Of a DNA stretch of 57,981 nt, positions 28,305 through 38,165 are shown piece by piece. The stretch is taken from positions 1-57,981 of the IMG/VR virus record IMGVR_UViG_3300020439_002263. One strand, 5' to 3'. This DNA is from a virus. Its lineage: Duplodnaviria; Caudoviricetes. The notes under the pieces are model-generated. The model saw only the letters and a list, made by a program, of their open reading frames with translations, was not told where the DNA came from and did not search any database. The stretch's first letter is position 1. The number at the start of each line of letters is the position of its first letter. Position numbers and translations under genes: made by a program.

Positions 28305-28827
28305 GGCTTTCTCCTATAGCACCTATTAAACGTCCCTTAGTGTTAGCTTTAATGTGTTTTAATTGAGCCGAGACAGAAGGGGCCTCTTCCTTCCGCCGAG
28401 TACTAGGTAAGTTACACCAATAATAGAGGATAGAAGCTTGGTCCCGCTTGAGCATTAAATGAGGTAAAACAGTGTATAATACGCTCCTCAAGTCGCGGAG
28501 AGCAGCAACTTCCCAAGTATGGACTACCTGTCCTGTAGAACGACGGTAGGTATAGAATCTGCCTCCATAAAGCTGCGCTATAAGCGACAATAACGCGTGC
28601 TCCCGTTTACCGATCATACTAACTGCCAATCGAGGGCGGTAGGAAGTCTTCGATTTATACAATCCCAGACTTCCTTCCCCGTCTATTAACCCACCTAAAT
28701 ACGCATTAGTGAGTCTCAGCCCACGAGGTCCCGATAGCGTAATCTCCTGCAAGGGGACACCGTAAGTTAAAATGCCTTCCGGCCTCCCTGATCGAGGCGG
28801 CCGCCATTCGTCCGACAAACTCGGCAA
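28279..28827 (-). CDS. Single-motif LAGLIDADG homing endonuclease; start uncertain, overlaps pol 3' end
   Basis: AYLGGLIDGEGSL motif, LYGGRF, VLPHLMLKRDQA. Confidence 0.85.
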   Translation of the reverse strand: MPSLSDEWRPPRSGRPEGILTYGVPLQEITLSGPRGLRLTNAYLGGLIDGEGSLGLYKSKTSYRPRLAVSMIGKREHALLSLIAQLYGGRFYTYRRSTGQVVHTWEVAALRDLRSVLYTVLPHLMLKRDQASILYYWCNLPSTRRKEEAPSVSAQLKHIKANTKGRLIGAIGESHGMVESCS

Positions 28828-30691
28828 CGTCTTCGTCTACCTCCATTTGAAATTCGTCGTGAATATTGCCACAGAACTCGTATTCTTCTCCGGGCGTTAA
28901 ACCTACCCGCTGGAGCAAATCGTCAAGAATAATAAGAGCTTTCTTCATCACCACGGCTCCTCCGCTTTGTAGTAAAGCGTTGGGCGCCGAATGCTCAGAC
29001 CTAATGTGGATATGACGGCCATCAAGCCCGATGAGGTATCCGCGCCGTGCGGCCTTCTTAACGGCCTCAATGAAATTACCCAGTGCCGGTAGGTTCTTCG
29101 CTACATTATCTCTAGTTTTCTTCCCCATACGCGCAATCGCGGCATCCCGCTTCTTACCTTTAGGGTAGGTTTCATAGAACCTCTTACGTCCCTCTTCGCT
29201 TAAGTCACCGAGCGCGATACGGCCCAGTTTATGATTACCCGCACCGTAGATCATAGCGTAAAACCATGTCTTCGCGTTGTCCCTCGAATTGAAGCCTAAC
29301 GCCTTTTGGTTTAGCGTATGAGCATCCGTGCCATCCTCTTTATTACCTTCGGTCACTGCTCTAACGTAGTCACCATTATCCCACTTAGCCATGTAGTGCG
29401 CGAGTAGCCGGAGCTCTAGTCCTTCCGCATCACATCCTACCAGCTTTTTACCAGTAGGAACCGTGAACAACCTACGACAAGCTTCCCCGTAAGGCGCCCG
29501 TGAAGCCGGTACCTGAGCGATGTTAGGTTCAAAGTGTGTCATCCGACCGGTTACGGCGCCGTTAGGGTTTACTCGTCCATGTATACGAGAGTTCGGTTTC
29601 ACGACCTTCAACCACGCCTGCGTCCCCTCAGCAACTTGTCCTAAGCGTTTCTCAACCATAAGATACTCTGACAACAGTTTCGCCTCATCCCACGGAAGAG
29701 AGGACAAAACCGTCTCGTCTACTTTCGGTTTCCCTGACTCCGTGAATTCATCCGGTTTCCACTTGAAGAGTTTAATCAACCTATCGGCAATATGATCTCT
29801 GGACCCCGGATTAAACTCCACAAGTTTTAACTTAGTCATCGGACATCCTGTAGTGTACCCCAAACGGGCGTTATCCCGTTTTGGAATAAAAGGCTTTGAA
29901 CCTACACGGACATAAAAAGGGGGGAATGTCTCCCTGAGTATTTGCTCTAGCTCTAGCTTCTTAAGTTGAAGTTCTTTAGTCAACCGCTCCGCAGCTTCAA
30001 CATCAAATAACCAGCCGTTCCTCTCCTGCCGTGTAATAATCGAAGCAACGGCATGTTCGATACTTAAGCACTCTTCCGAATAGTTCTTTCCGTCGAAGTG
30101 TTTTAAAACATATACACTCGTTCTGACGTCTTGCATGCAGTATTCGTCCATGTCCTTGATGAACGGCACGGTCTTCCATGTATACTTCTTACCAGTCCGA
30201 GGGTTAATGTAATGATCAGGGCTAAAATCATCTTTCAGAGGTCCGCCTAGCCGCATTCCCCAAGCTTCGAGTTTATGTGATCCAGCTAACCCCTTCCCGA
30301 AGAACGCATCGCTGAGACGACCGCGACGTCTCATAGCGAAATCTAAATCTTTTAGGTTAGCATACATAACACGAGACATCACTAAGGTGTCTCTAATTGA
30401 GACGCCATCTTTAGGCTTCCAGTCGGGATAAACCGCCTTAATCGCTGGAATATCATAATTTATAATGTTATGTCCCGCTAAGACATCGCCAGAAGCTAAG
30501 TGTTTTAAGCCGTCGCATATCGTCCCAGTTCTAGCCGTAGGTTCTTCCGTAAATCCCCCGGCTAAATCCTGATAGTGACTATAATCTGTGTAACGATATT
30601 CTTCATCAGTGTTTAGGTCTATAATGTTTATACAATATATTTTTGTAATATCATCAATAAGGCCATCCGCCTCTATGTCAAACACCAACAC
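28706..30691 (-). CDS. DNA polymerase family A (gp5); GTG start at 30691 after AGGAG
   Basis: FDIEADG exo I, GHNIINYD, DAEGLELR, RDNAKTWFYAMIYGAG, IHDEFQ. Confidence 0.97.
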   Translation of the reverse strand: MLVFDIEADGLIDDITKIYCINIIDLNTDEEYRYTDYSHYQDLAGGFTEEPTARTGTICDGLKHLASGDVLAGHNIINYDIPAIKAVYPDWKPKDGVSIRDTLVMSRVMYANLKDLDFAMRRRGRLSDAFFGKGLAGSHKLEAWGMRLGGPLKDDFSPDHYINPRTGKKYTWKTVPFIKDMDEYCMQDVRTSVYVLKHFDGKNYSEECLSIEHAVASIITRQERNGWLFDVEAAERLTKELQLKKLELEQILRETFPPFYVRVGSKPFIPKRDNARLGYTTGCPMTKLKLVEFNPGSRDHIADRLIKLFKWKPDEFTESGKPKVDETVLSSLPWDEAKLLSEYLMVEKRLGQVAEGTQAWLKVVKPNSRIHGRVNPNGAVTGRMTHFEPNIAQVPASRAPYGEACRRLFTVPTGKKLVGCDAEGLELRLLAHYMAKWDNGDYVRAVTEGNKEDGTDAHTLNQKALGFNSRDNAKTWFYAMIYGAGNHKLGRIALGDLSEEGRKRFYETYPKGKKRDAAIARMGKKTRDNVAKNLPALGNFIEAVKKAARRGYLIGLDGRHIHIRSEHSAPNALLQSGGAVVMKKALIILDDLLQRVGLTPGEEYEFCGNIHDEFQMEVDEDVAEFVGRMAAASIREAGRHFNLRCPLAGDYAIGTSWAETH

Positions 30692-30728
30692 AACGTTTCT
30701 CCTATAAGAAAGCCGCCGTGAGGCGGCC

Positions 30729-31286
30729 TCAAGCTGCGCGTGTCTCACCCACGCCCAGTAAACGGGAGCTAGTAGCTAGAAACTCCTCTAAACTACCGTT
30801 ATTGTGGATATTAATGTCAACAAGACGATGTGATATTCCCAGCTCACTCACGTGAGCTGATGCGTGCGCCACGCCGATTCTATGGATCTGAACAATCGTA
30901 CCTCCTTTGCTCTTCAGCCACTGCGCCTCGTTAGAGAAGCGTATATCCGGCACAACGATTTTTAAACCGGTCTTATTAATTAGATCTCGGTTAATTCGAT
31001 CTTCAAGTAGTCTGATCCATAGATCCTCACCCACCAAACGACGACCCCATTCAGTACCTAACGTCTGAGCTAGCTGACGTGGGGACACCCCCGTAAGGCG
31101 GTGCTTCGTCTCTTTCCATTTCCTATCTTCCCACATGGCCATGTTCCACCCAAACATGGCGTTAATGGCCTGCTTCAATGGCGTAGAAAGGGTGTATTTA
31201 GTAAATCCATGCTTAGCCACTAAGTAATCCGCGAGCGTGTCTTTACCAGACCCCGCCCGGCCAGTTATCCCAACGAATTTATCCAT
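30729..31286 (-). CDS. Deoxynucleoside monophosphate kinase
   Basis: GITGRAGSGKDT, SPRQLAQTLGTEWGR, DIRFSNE, HVSE. Confidence 0.92.
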   Translation of the reverse strand: MDKFVGITGRAGSGKDTLADYLVAKHGFTKYTLSTPLKQAINAMFGWNMAMWEDRKWKETKHRLTGVSPRQLAQTLGTEWGRRLVGEDLWIRLLEDRINRDLINKTGLKIVVPDIRFSNEAQWLKSKGGTIVQIHRIGVAHASAHVSELGISHRLVDINIHNNGSLEEFLATSSRLLGVGETRAA

Positions 31287-31297
31287 GCTATATCACC

Positions 31298-32962
31298 TTA
31301 ATATTCTAAGATACTATCGCTTCCCATGGGATGCTTACCTTTGGACACCGCGCTAAATGAACCGTCTGGAAGTAGTCTACCAGTACCACGATCGTAGACT
31401 AAGCGGTCTGCCAATCCTAAGTCGCCGAACATCCTATTCTTAAGAACCCTGGCTCTGCTTATATCGCACTCGTCTTCGTCTTGCTGATCACGCTCTAGGG
31501 CAATTATTGTGTCACTCAGTTGTTCGAGGGCTGCCGATCCCCGTAAGTCGCTGAGAGACACCTGTCCCCCCTCATTAAACGACTTTTTATTGTTTGGCCT
31601 CTTTAAGTGAACGATCGCAATTACACCTACGCCTGTACGCTCAATGAACGAGCGCAGTCTAGTCATTAAACGGTCGATATCTTTACGCTCTCCCTCCCCA
31701 GTACCTTCTTGATCAGCTACAACCATTGAGATATGGTCAAGGATAATAAAATCACACCTTTGACCTATCGCCATATAATTAAGCTTAGACACAAGTGTAT
31801 CGGACTCTAACGAGCCGAAGTGGTCATAAAAAAATACCCGCCCAGATAGTTTATCTATCGTCTCCCTGTACTGATCCGCCGTAAGCTTCTTAGGGTTAAT
31901 CATCAGTTCGCCCAGCGGTACTGCATGATCAATAGCTACATATCCGCGAGCGGTCTTCTGCACCGACTCTTCCAAATAGACATTTCCTACGTTAAGACCA
32001 TGAACAGCCGTTAGGTGATACCCCAGCTCCCTAGCCATCGTGGATTTCCCAATACCAGAACCTGCTGTTAAGAGAAGAAGTTCCCTCTTCCGTATCCCCC
32101 TAGTCTTTTCATTTATAACCGGGTAGGGAGTGGGATACCCCTGATCACCTTCATCCATCAGGTAATCAACACTAATTTCATCCAACGCCACTATACCGTC
32201 TGGACGATACTCTTTAGCCTCCCAGAGCGCGTTTATGAGCTCTTTAGCGAGTCCCTGTAACAAACATTCATTAGGGTCCTTCTCCGGTAAATAAGCGATA
32301 TAACCCTTCCCCGGCGAGAGAAGAGAGGCGCACTCTCTAGCTGCCGCAGCTCCCGGTTCATCCATATCAAATGCAAAGATAACTCGGTCAAACCGCTCTA
32401 CCCATTCTATCTCTTTAGCAATCGCCTTGGCTGCGGCCTGAGCGCCGTTCGGCACTGAGACCACTGGCCATTTATTACCCTGCAATTGCGACACGGTCAA
32501 AGCGTCTATCTCGCCTTCAGTAATGACTAGACGTTTACCTCCATTCCCCCAGAGATGTTGGCCGAACAAGCCTACCTCTTTGGGCTGCCCCAAAAACTTA
32601 AACCTTTTACCGGGAAATCTAAGCTTCTGAGCTATCACACCGGAGTCTTTCCTGTAATTAGCTATTTGGACAGGCTTACCCTCATACTTACCTACTTGAT
32701 AGCCAAAAAGGCGACATGTTTCCTCCGAAATACCGCGCTTAGCGAGGGAGCGGTATTCGCCGTCCACGATTAACCTCTTACCCATCTTCCCGCTGTGGCG
32801 AGTTTTAGTCCGACCGCCATCTAAACTGTTAATATGATAGCCGCAAGCAAAACAGTGAGCATGGCCGTCGCTGTAGACGACCAGATTATCCCCACTGCTA
32901 TCGCCACCCTTTGATGCACACTCAGGACATTGCTCCTTCCAACTAACGACTGAATCAATCAT
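31298..32962 (-). CDS. Primase-helicase (gp4)
   Basis: CPEC...HCFAC zinc ribbon, ITEGEIDA TOPRIM, AGSGIGKST, ILDHIS, DLRGS. Confidence 0.97.
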   Translation of the reverse strand: MIDSVVSWKEQCPECASKGGDSSGDNLVVYSDGHAHCFACGYHINSLDGGRTKTRHSGKMGKRLIVDGEYRSLAKRGISEETCRLFGYQVGKYEGKPVQIANYRKDSGVIAQKLRFPGKRFKFLGQPKEVGLFGQHLWGNGGKRLVITEGEIDALTVSQLQGNKWPVVSVPNGAQAAAKAIAKEIEWVERFDRVIFAFDMDEPGAAAARECASLLSPGKGYIAYLPEKDPNECLLQGLAKELINALWEAKEYRPDGIVALDEISVDYLMDEGDQGYPTPYPVINEKTRGIRKRELLLLTAGSGIGKSTMARELGYHLTAVHGLNVGNVYLEESVQKTARGYVAIDHAVPLGELMINPKKLTADQYRETIDKLSGRVFFYDHFGSLESDTLVSKLNYMAIGQRCDFIILDHISMVVADQEGTGEGERKDIDRLMTRLRSFIERTGVGVIAIVHLKRPNNKKSFNEGGQVSLSDLRGSAALEQLSDTIIALERDQQDEDECDISRARVLKNRMFGDLGLADRLVYDRGTGRLLPDGSFSAVSKGKHPMGSDSILEY

Positions 32963-33117
32963 TTTCTACTAACGCCCTTTGATAATCTACGCCCCCTGAG
33001 AACAGTCCAAGCAGGTTCCTTAACAATACCTAAACCCTTCCTAGGTTTAAAACCTACCGCCTCGAATGCTAATCGCAACGCCGTAGGACGCCGCAAAATG
33101 TATTTACGCTGTGCCAT
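32959..33117 (-). CDS. Small basic hypothetical protein (52 aa)
   Basis: Fills the gap; ATGA overlap with primase start. Confidence 0.45.
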   Translation of the reverse strand: MAQRKYILRRPTALRLAFEAVGFKPRKGLGIVKEPAWTVLRGRRLSKGVSRK

Positions 33118-33118
33118 G

Positions 33119-33337
33119 TCAACAACCCTCTCCCTCGAATGCCAACGAGTATCTAGCGTAGCGCTGACCTAGCAAGTCGCGTTTTAGTACCCGCTGTATC
33201 TTATGTCCTTCCTGTCGTAGAACAGAGATACGTTTCGGAAGATCACGAATTCTATATAAATCTTCTGCTTCCCTCCCGGATAGGCTACCAACCTCTTTGA
33301 GATGTCTTAATACAATCTCTTCCTGTCTCATACACAA
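33119..33337 (-). CDS. Small helix-turn-helix protein
   Basis: VLRHLKEVGSLSGREA..LYRIRDLPKRISVLRQEGH...YARYSL. Confidence 0.75.
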   Translation of the reverse strand: MCMRQEEIVLRHLKEVGSLSGREAEDLYRIRDLPKRISVLRQEGHKIQRVLKRDLLGQRYARYSLAFEGEGC

Positions 33338-33351
33338 CTCCTTAGCGAAGA

Positions 33352-33786
33352 TTAACTGTTAGACTTCCACCATTCCCTAACGTCAAAGGACGGACATGCT
33401 TTATAAACATGTGGAAGATCCCTATGACCCAGTACTTCTGCATCCGGGTAAGATGCCTTCAAACCTCTAAGTAAACTCTTAAGAGAACTAAACTGAGCTT
33501 CTGTGAAATTATTCTCGGCTGTTTTACCGTCTCCAGCGACACCGCCTACGAGACATACACCTAAAGAGATATGGTTAAACCCCCGGGCGTGTGCTCCGGG
33601 CCTGTCAATAGAACGGCCAGCTTCTACAGTCCCATCACGGCGGATCACAAAATGATACCCAATATCGAACCACCCACGGTTCCTGTGCCATTTCCTGATT
33701 TCAGCAGCTCCAATATCCTGACTGGATCTGGTAGCCGAGCAGTGGACCACAAGATATTCCACCGAGCGAATTGTTTTATGCTTCAT
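33352..33786 (-). CDS. N-acetylmuramoyl-L-alanine amidase (T7 lysozyme gp3.5-like)
   Basis: VVHCSAT, DIGYHFVI, GAHARG, GHRD, KACPSF. Confidence 0.95.
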   Translation of the reverse strand: MKHKTIRSVEYLVVHCSATRSSQDIGAAEIRKWHRNRGWFDIGYHFVIRRDGTVEAGRSIDRPGAHARGFNHISLGVCLVGGVAGDGKTAENNFTEAQFSSLKSLLRGLKASYPDAEVLGHRDLPHVYKACPSFDVREWWKSNS

Positions 33787-34207
33787 ACTCTCCTATTTCT
33801 ATATCAACACGAGGCGCTTCTTCGGGACAGACGAAGCGCTTCTCCCAGCAGGCTTTAACAATCTGGTCGTCATCCTCCCAGTAACCTTTTTTAGTGATCA
33901 CATCATAAACAGCCTTTTCAAAGTTATCGCCATCCCCTCTGGGGTAGGACCGTTTAGTAGTCCTAGGTCGGTGACACACGAAGCTCACACGAACTACAAC
34001 AGGTCCTTGTAAAGGCCCTCTTGTGTTCTGCGGTACAACGTCCTCCGCAACCTGCATCCACTCTTTATAGTTTTTACCGTAGTAAACCCCCCAACGACTA
34101 ACCCGGGGACGCGACGCTGGAACGGGCGGCCATAAAAGGGAGAGAGAGACCTGCCCCCTCTCCCCCCATTCAACCGCACACCCGGGACTAGAAATCGACT
34201 TCGTCAT
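33776..34207 (-). CDS. RusA-family Holliday junction resolvase (start probably ATG 34207)
   Basis: PVPASRPR, DGDNFEKAVYD, WEDDDQIV. Confidence 0.85.
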   Translation of the reverse strand: MTKSISSPGCAVEWGERGQVSLSLLWPPVPASRPRVSRWGVYYGKNYKEWMQVAEDVVPQNTRGPLQGPVVVRVSFVCHRPRTTKRSYPRGDGDNFEKAVYDVITKKGYWEDDDQIVKACWEKRFVCPEEAPRVDIEIGEYEA

Positions 34208-34877
34208 CTTCGTCCACGTCAGGTTCAGTATCGCATAAGTCTTCTTCGCATACAGGATCCGCTGTATACCCCCCTTCAATAGCCTCGAAGCCATAGGCTT
34301 CCGCTGAAGGACCGCTTCTCCCCGGGCCTTTAAGATCTACTACCTGTACAGCTTGGATCTTAAGCGAAGGACCAAATTCTTTGAGACTTGAATTCTCATA
34401 GAAGTAAATAAAGCCGGCAATTCGTAGCTTAGAACCGCCCCATATATCATCAACCGCAATGGGCTTGTTGTTACTGTCAAACAAAAGAGGCGCCGCCTGC
34501 GGCATACCCTTACTGTCAAACGCCTTCTTGGAAAAGCTCAATAGGATGTTCCCCGTGGGGTTACCCTCGCTGTCTTCCTCTTCTACCCACAGGTCTTTAA
34601 TAGACCAATTCTTGTCGTATTCCCTACGTTTCCTAAGACTCGCTTCTTCATATTTTTGTTTATAAAAATCCTCTAGAAGCAGTTTAATCTCCCCGATGAA
34701 CTCCTCAGCCTCCTCAGCTGGAACAGCTAGTTTAACTTTCCACGCTTTAGTACCCTTGAATTCATCATACTTTACAAGCTTCGGGAATACTGCTGTACCC
34801 AGTGGGCTTATGAAATTAAAGAAAGTCTTGTTTCTAGATTTACGAACCGTGATATACTTATGCTTTTTACCCTTCAT
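34188..34877 (-). CDS. ssDNA-binding protein (gp2.5)
   Basis: SPLGTAVFPKL, IWGGSKL, LKIQAVQVVDL, acidic tail ending in F. Confidence 0.9.
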   Translation of the reverse strand: MKGKKHKYITVRKSRNKTFFNFISPLGTAVFPKLVKYDEFKGTKAWKVKLAVPAEEAEEFIGEIKLLLEDFYKQKYEEASLRKRREYDKNWSIKDLWVEEEDSEGNPTGNILLSFSKKAFDSKGMPQAAPLLFDSNNKPIAVDDIWGGSKLRIAGFIYFYENSSLKEFGPSLKIQAVQVVDLKGPGRSGPSAEAYGFEAIEGGYTADPVCEEDLCDTEPDVDEDDEVDF

Positions 34878-35266
34878 CTGTCTTCCTCAACAATGGTGTA
34901 AATCAGATCAAGCAATGGACCCGCGAAAGTAGGCAATCCGCGTCCGTCAAAGCCCAGCTTCCCTCGTTCTATATCCGTTCTAATCCTTTTAAAATCAGTC
35001 TTAACAGGGTCCCAGACGTACCTATAGCCATATTTTTTATCTAGAAACCCACGTACTTCGAATAGTCCATCCTCCACACGGAAAAGTACAAAAACTTGAG
35101 CATCGTTGGGATCTCTAGAACAGTAGCCAAATAGAATTTCAACGGAGTCTGGATCTATGAAGTCAGACTCCTCAAACACTTCCATTAATTCATCTACTGT
35201 TACACATTCTCCCATGATCAGAGGCGGACTAACGGTGTCCCCAGTCGATTTAAATCTACCCGTCAT
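34874..35266 (-). CDS. Hypothetical protein
   Basis: 130-aa ORF, ATGA overlap with SSB start. Confidence 0.7.
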   Translation of the reverse strand: MTGRFKSTGDTVSPPLIMGECVTVDELMEVFEESDFIDPDSVEILFGYCSRDPNDAQVFVLFRVEDGLFEVRGFLDKKYGYRYVWDPVKTDFKRIRTDIERGKLGFDGRGLPTFAGPLLDLIYTIVEEDR

Positions 35267-35313
35267 GTCTACCCTTCATGTCTACCCTTCATGTCTACCC
35301 GTCATGTCTACCT
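35255..35313. repeat. 13-bp tandem repeat x4 plus partial at a gene junction
   Basis: tctaccc(g/t)tcatg at 35255, 35268, 35281, 35294. Confidence 0.9.
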
Positions 35314-35567
35314 ATCTCGTGTTTCGCGTACTCCTTAATAGCTTTAATCGTGGAGCTAAAAGGACCGTCGACATCAGCCGCTGCCCTAGATGCAATCTCA
35401 AGTAAGTGTTTAATGTCAGTCCCTGTCGCTTCACACATACTCAACAACGCTAGCGCTGTTCCCAGGATCTGGTGTTCAGGTTTATCTTGTGTCCTATCAA
35501 TAACCCTGAACGCAGCTCTACGCAGGTCCGCGTTCGTAATGCCTAGCGAAAATCTATACCCGTCCAT
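35295..35567 (-). CDS. Hypothetical protein, first gene after RNAP
   Basis: GGAGGAG RBS; 90-aa ORF. Confidence 0.75.
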   Translation of the reverse strand: MDGYRFSLGITNADLRRAAFRVIDRTQDKPEHQILGTALALLSMCEATGTDIKHLLEIASRAAADVDGPFSSTIKAIKEYAKHEIGRHDG

Positions 35568-35595
35568 GACTCCTCCGATCAGCGTTCTGGTTTCT

Positions 35596-35612
35596 GTAAG
35601 GATGAGTCCTAA
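35596..35612 (-). promoter_or_regulatory. Phage RNAP promoter (replication operon), variant
   Basis: TTAGGACTCATCCTTAC, 3 mismatches to consensus. Confidence 0.65.
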
Positions 35613-35647
35613 ACAGAGGGTTATGGATATATAACTCTATGTGTAAT

Positions 35648-35666
35648 TATCCCATAAGTGGGAATA
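35648..35666. promoter_or_regulatory. Palindromic operator copy
   Basis: tatcccataagtgggaata, abutting RNAP stop codon. Confidence 0.7.
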
Positions 35667-38114
35667 TTATGAGAAGAAAAAAACACTCTCCTTAACGCCT
35701 TCGAGGTTTAACGAACCTTTAGGCGGAATCTCAGGAATCTTCTCCGCTGTTTCTGGGGATAACTGAGTCAACAACTCCTTTTTAAAAGACATAAGAATAT
35801 CCTCACTGTACATAGCTATAAACTCCTCTCGCAGAATTGCGTTCATCAGCGGTATATCGCAAGCATGCGTTCCGAATGAATCATGAATCATGGCGAATGA
35901 GGTTATACCGCACCGCGTACATGTGTTGACTGTCCGCATTAAATGCGCTGCGTCCATGCTATGAATAAAGTTAGGCGCAATACCAGAACGCTGAGCGTTT
36001 GCATCTATCTTTTCGGTGTCGCAAGCTAAACTGAGCTGTCGCTTTTTACCCTGAAACCAGACTTTCACGCGTTTTGATGTATATTTCCTCTCATCTTGTA
36101 ATACGGGCATCCCTACAGGGGTTGTCCAGTATAGGGGAACGCCGTCTCTTGCCGTTAAAGTGGCTACTTCCTGTAACCACTCCATCGCACCTGATGCTGC
36201 GATAACTGTCTCCCGAATGCAACGCTCTACGATCGGAGAAAGGTAATTCGCAGCCTCAAAATAACTAAGCCCGTCAAGGTAGTTACCTGAGTCGTCTAGC
36301 TTTTTAAGCGCATCAATTATTTGGTCACGGATCCCCCGGCTAGTTACCGAGTAGGCAAACGTCATACAGGGCTGTTTAACGATTTTACGTACTACTTTAC
36401 CTCGCCACCGCCTTGCTGCCTCATCGGTGGCTCTTTTAATATATTCCTCAACCCTCTTCGCCACCTCACTATAAATATCGTGACATTCATCACTCGGTGT
36501 TAAATTGACCGCAGTACCACCTATCTCATCTCTAAGCATCGCGCTAAAATGTTGAAGCCCGGAGCAAGAACCATCCACCGCCACCGGTATGTGGCACATA
36601 TAGTTGGGATCAAGACCGGATTCTACATACCCACTCCACTCAAAACATGCAGCCAAGGCTGTCCATGCACTGTCCCCTCCATTCGCGCTGGTCCAGAACC
36701 GCTCACCGTCAAGGGGATTCCGAGCTGAGTCCAGTATTAATTCTTCATGATCTAGAGTCCACCGTACCCTCTCAGATAACGGTAGCTTATCCGCTTCACC
36801 AAAACAATTAGCGACGTGGACTGCTAACCAGAAAGCTCCGGCATCACCCAAGGGCTTCCCCCTAGCAAATTCCAAAAGGGATTTTGCTTTATCATCCCCT
36901 TGAGGGTTTAGACCTGTGGGTTGGGCATAAATCCTGCCTCTGAAGTCCATTGTATAAGGGAAATAAATCTCCTCCTCATCTACATAGCGAGATGCCACAA
37001 ACATTTGTTGTGCAAACGCCAGTCGTTTCGAAATCTTCTTCGCGTTGTTTGTATAAACCTCTGCCGCAGCCGCCTTCCATTGCTTAAGTCGCTTCTGCTC
37101 CTCCTTAGATAAAGAGGACAGAGGAACATCTTCAGGTATATCTGAAGGTCTTGGTGGTACAGGATCATCATCATCTATAGGAAGACCGCCTAATGAGCTA
37201 CGCTGATCTCTAAGTGTTTTCATGACGTCATAAACCTTCCGGTTAATTCTCCACGCTGTCCTCTGGATAGCGTTAACCGCGTTGTAAACTTCAGGCATCT
37301 CCACCGAGAATAGCTCATCCAGTGTATCCCGTCGTTTAGTTTTAATTAAATACATACTTTTAAACAGGCCCCGGTTCAGATACCCGCCGTCCTTGGGGTT
37401 CGTCCAATCTCTAGGTTTGAGAATCATAGGCATATAAACAGGGGCGAGTAATGAAGCTTCCTCATGCCTTTTCTCCAACCACTCTTTAACCTTATCAGTG
37501 GGCCGTATGACAGCACGCTTCATTTTCCCTTTAAGATCTAAATGGACAGTAGCTAGCCCTGTTGCTTCGATAAAAAGTTCGACCAGTTTACTACCTACTA
37601 GTAGTTTATCCCTGTTAGTCCAGCCGAGACCCACAGCTTCCGGTACAAGTTTTAGTGCATGTTTCAGGACTCCCTGTCGATATCTAGCATGTGTGGACTT
37701 CTTAATTTTATCTTCGGTATGCCTCAGCAAACCAGGCGCATGTTTGGAGAATTGCACAAATCTGACGTGATCCTCTAATGATGTCCCTATAGAGATAGAG
37801 ACTTTAGTCAACGTCTCGTTCTTAATCATACTGTTGATTACCCAACGTGATGTAACGAAAGCAGCTACATCAGGTATAAAACACTCAAGGTACTGAGCCG
37901 CTGTGTGTCTTCTGCCTGCTTTACCGCTTGAACACTCCTTCACGAATTCCTCGATTTTTGAGGAAAGTTTAGGAACTGAGCGGTGGACTAAAGACTTCCC
38001 GGGAGGTAGCTCAGCTTCTTCACCGCCCTCACGGCTTTTATTATACCGGTCGACTCCTAAACCCACCATTATTTCTTCTAAAAGATGTTCTCTCTGAACT
38101 TTATCCATTTCCAT
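35667..38114 (-). CDS. Single-subunit T7-type RNA polymerase (start moved to ATG 38114)
   Basis: DFRGRIY, DGSCSGLQH, RKIVKQPCMTFAY, APNFIHSMDA, IHDSFGTH; AGGAG upstream of 38114. Confidence 0.97.
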   Translation of the reverse strand: MEMDKVQREHLLEEIMVGLGVDRYNKSREGGEEAELPPGKSLVHRSVPKLSSKIEEFVKECSSGKAGRRHTAAQYLECFIPDVAAFVTSRWVINSMIKNETLTKVSISIGTSLEDHVRFVQFSKHAPGLLRHTEDKIKKSTHARYRQGVLKHALKLVPEAVGLGWTNRDKLLVGSKLVELFIEATGLATVHLDLKGKMKRAVIRPTDKVKEWLEKRHEEASLLAPVYMPMILKPRDWTNPKDGGYLNRGLFKSMYLIKTKRRDTLDELFSVEMPEVYNAVNAIQRTAWRINRKVYDVMKTLRDQRSSLGGLPIDDDDPVPPRPSDIPEDVPLSSLSKEEQKRLKQWKAAAAEVYTNNAKKISKRLAFAQQMFVASRYVDEEEIYFPYTMDFRGRIYAQPTGLNPQGDDKAKSLLEFARGKPLGDAGAFWLAVHVANCFGEADKLPLSERVRWTLDHEELILDSARNPLDGERFWTSANGGDSAWTALAACFEWSGYVESGLDPNYMCHIPVAVDGSCSGLQHFSAMLRDEIGGTAVNLTPSDECHDIYSEVAKRVEEYIKRATDEAARRWRGKVVRKIVKQPCMTFAYSVTSRGIRDQIIDALKKLDDSGNYLDGLSYFEAANYLSPIVERCIRETVIAASGAMEWLQEVATLTARDGVPLYWTTPVGMPVLQDERKYTSKRVKVWFQGKKRQLSLACDTEKIDANAQRSGIAPNFIHSMDAAHLMRTVNTCTRCGITSFAMIHDSFGTHACDIPLMNAILREEFIAMYSEDILMSFKKELLTQLSPETAEKIPEIPPKGSLNLEGVKESVFFFS

Positions 38115-38165
38115 ATCCCCGTCTCCTACGTAGGAACTAAAGAAATATCTAAGGGATCCCCCCAT

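Noticed and set aside
28279-30691. Group I intron or intein in DNA polymerase
   Set aside because: Pol motifs A, B, C and the C-terminal SWAETH are contiguous; the endonuclease lies after the stop
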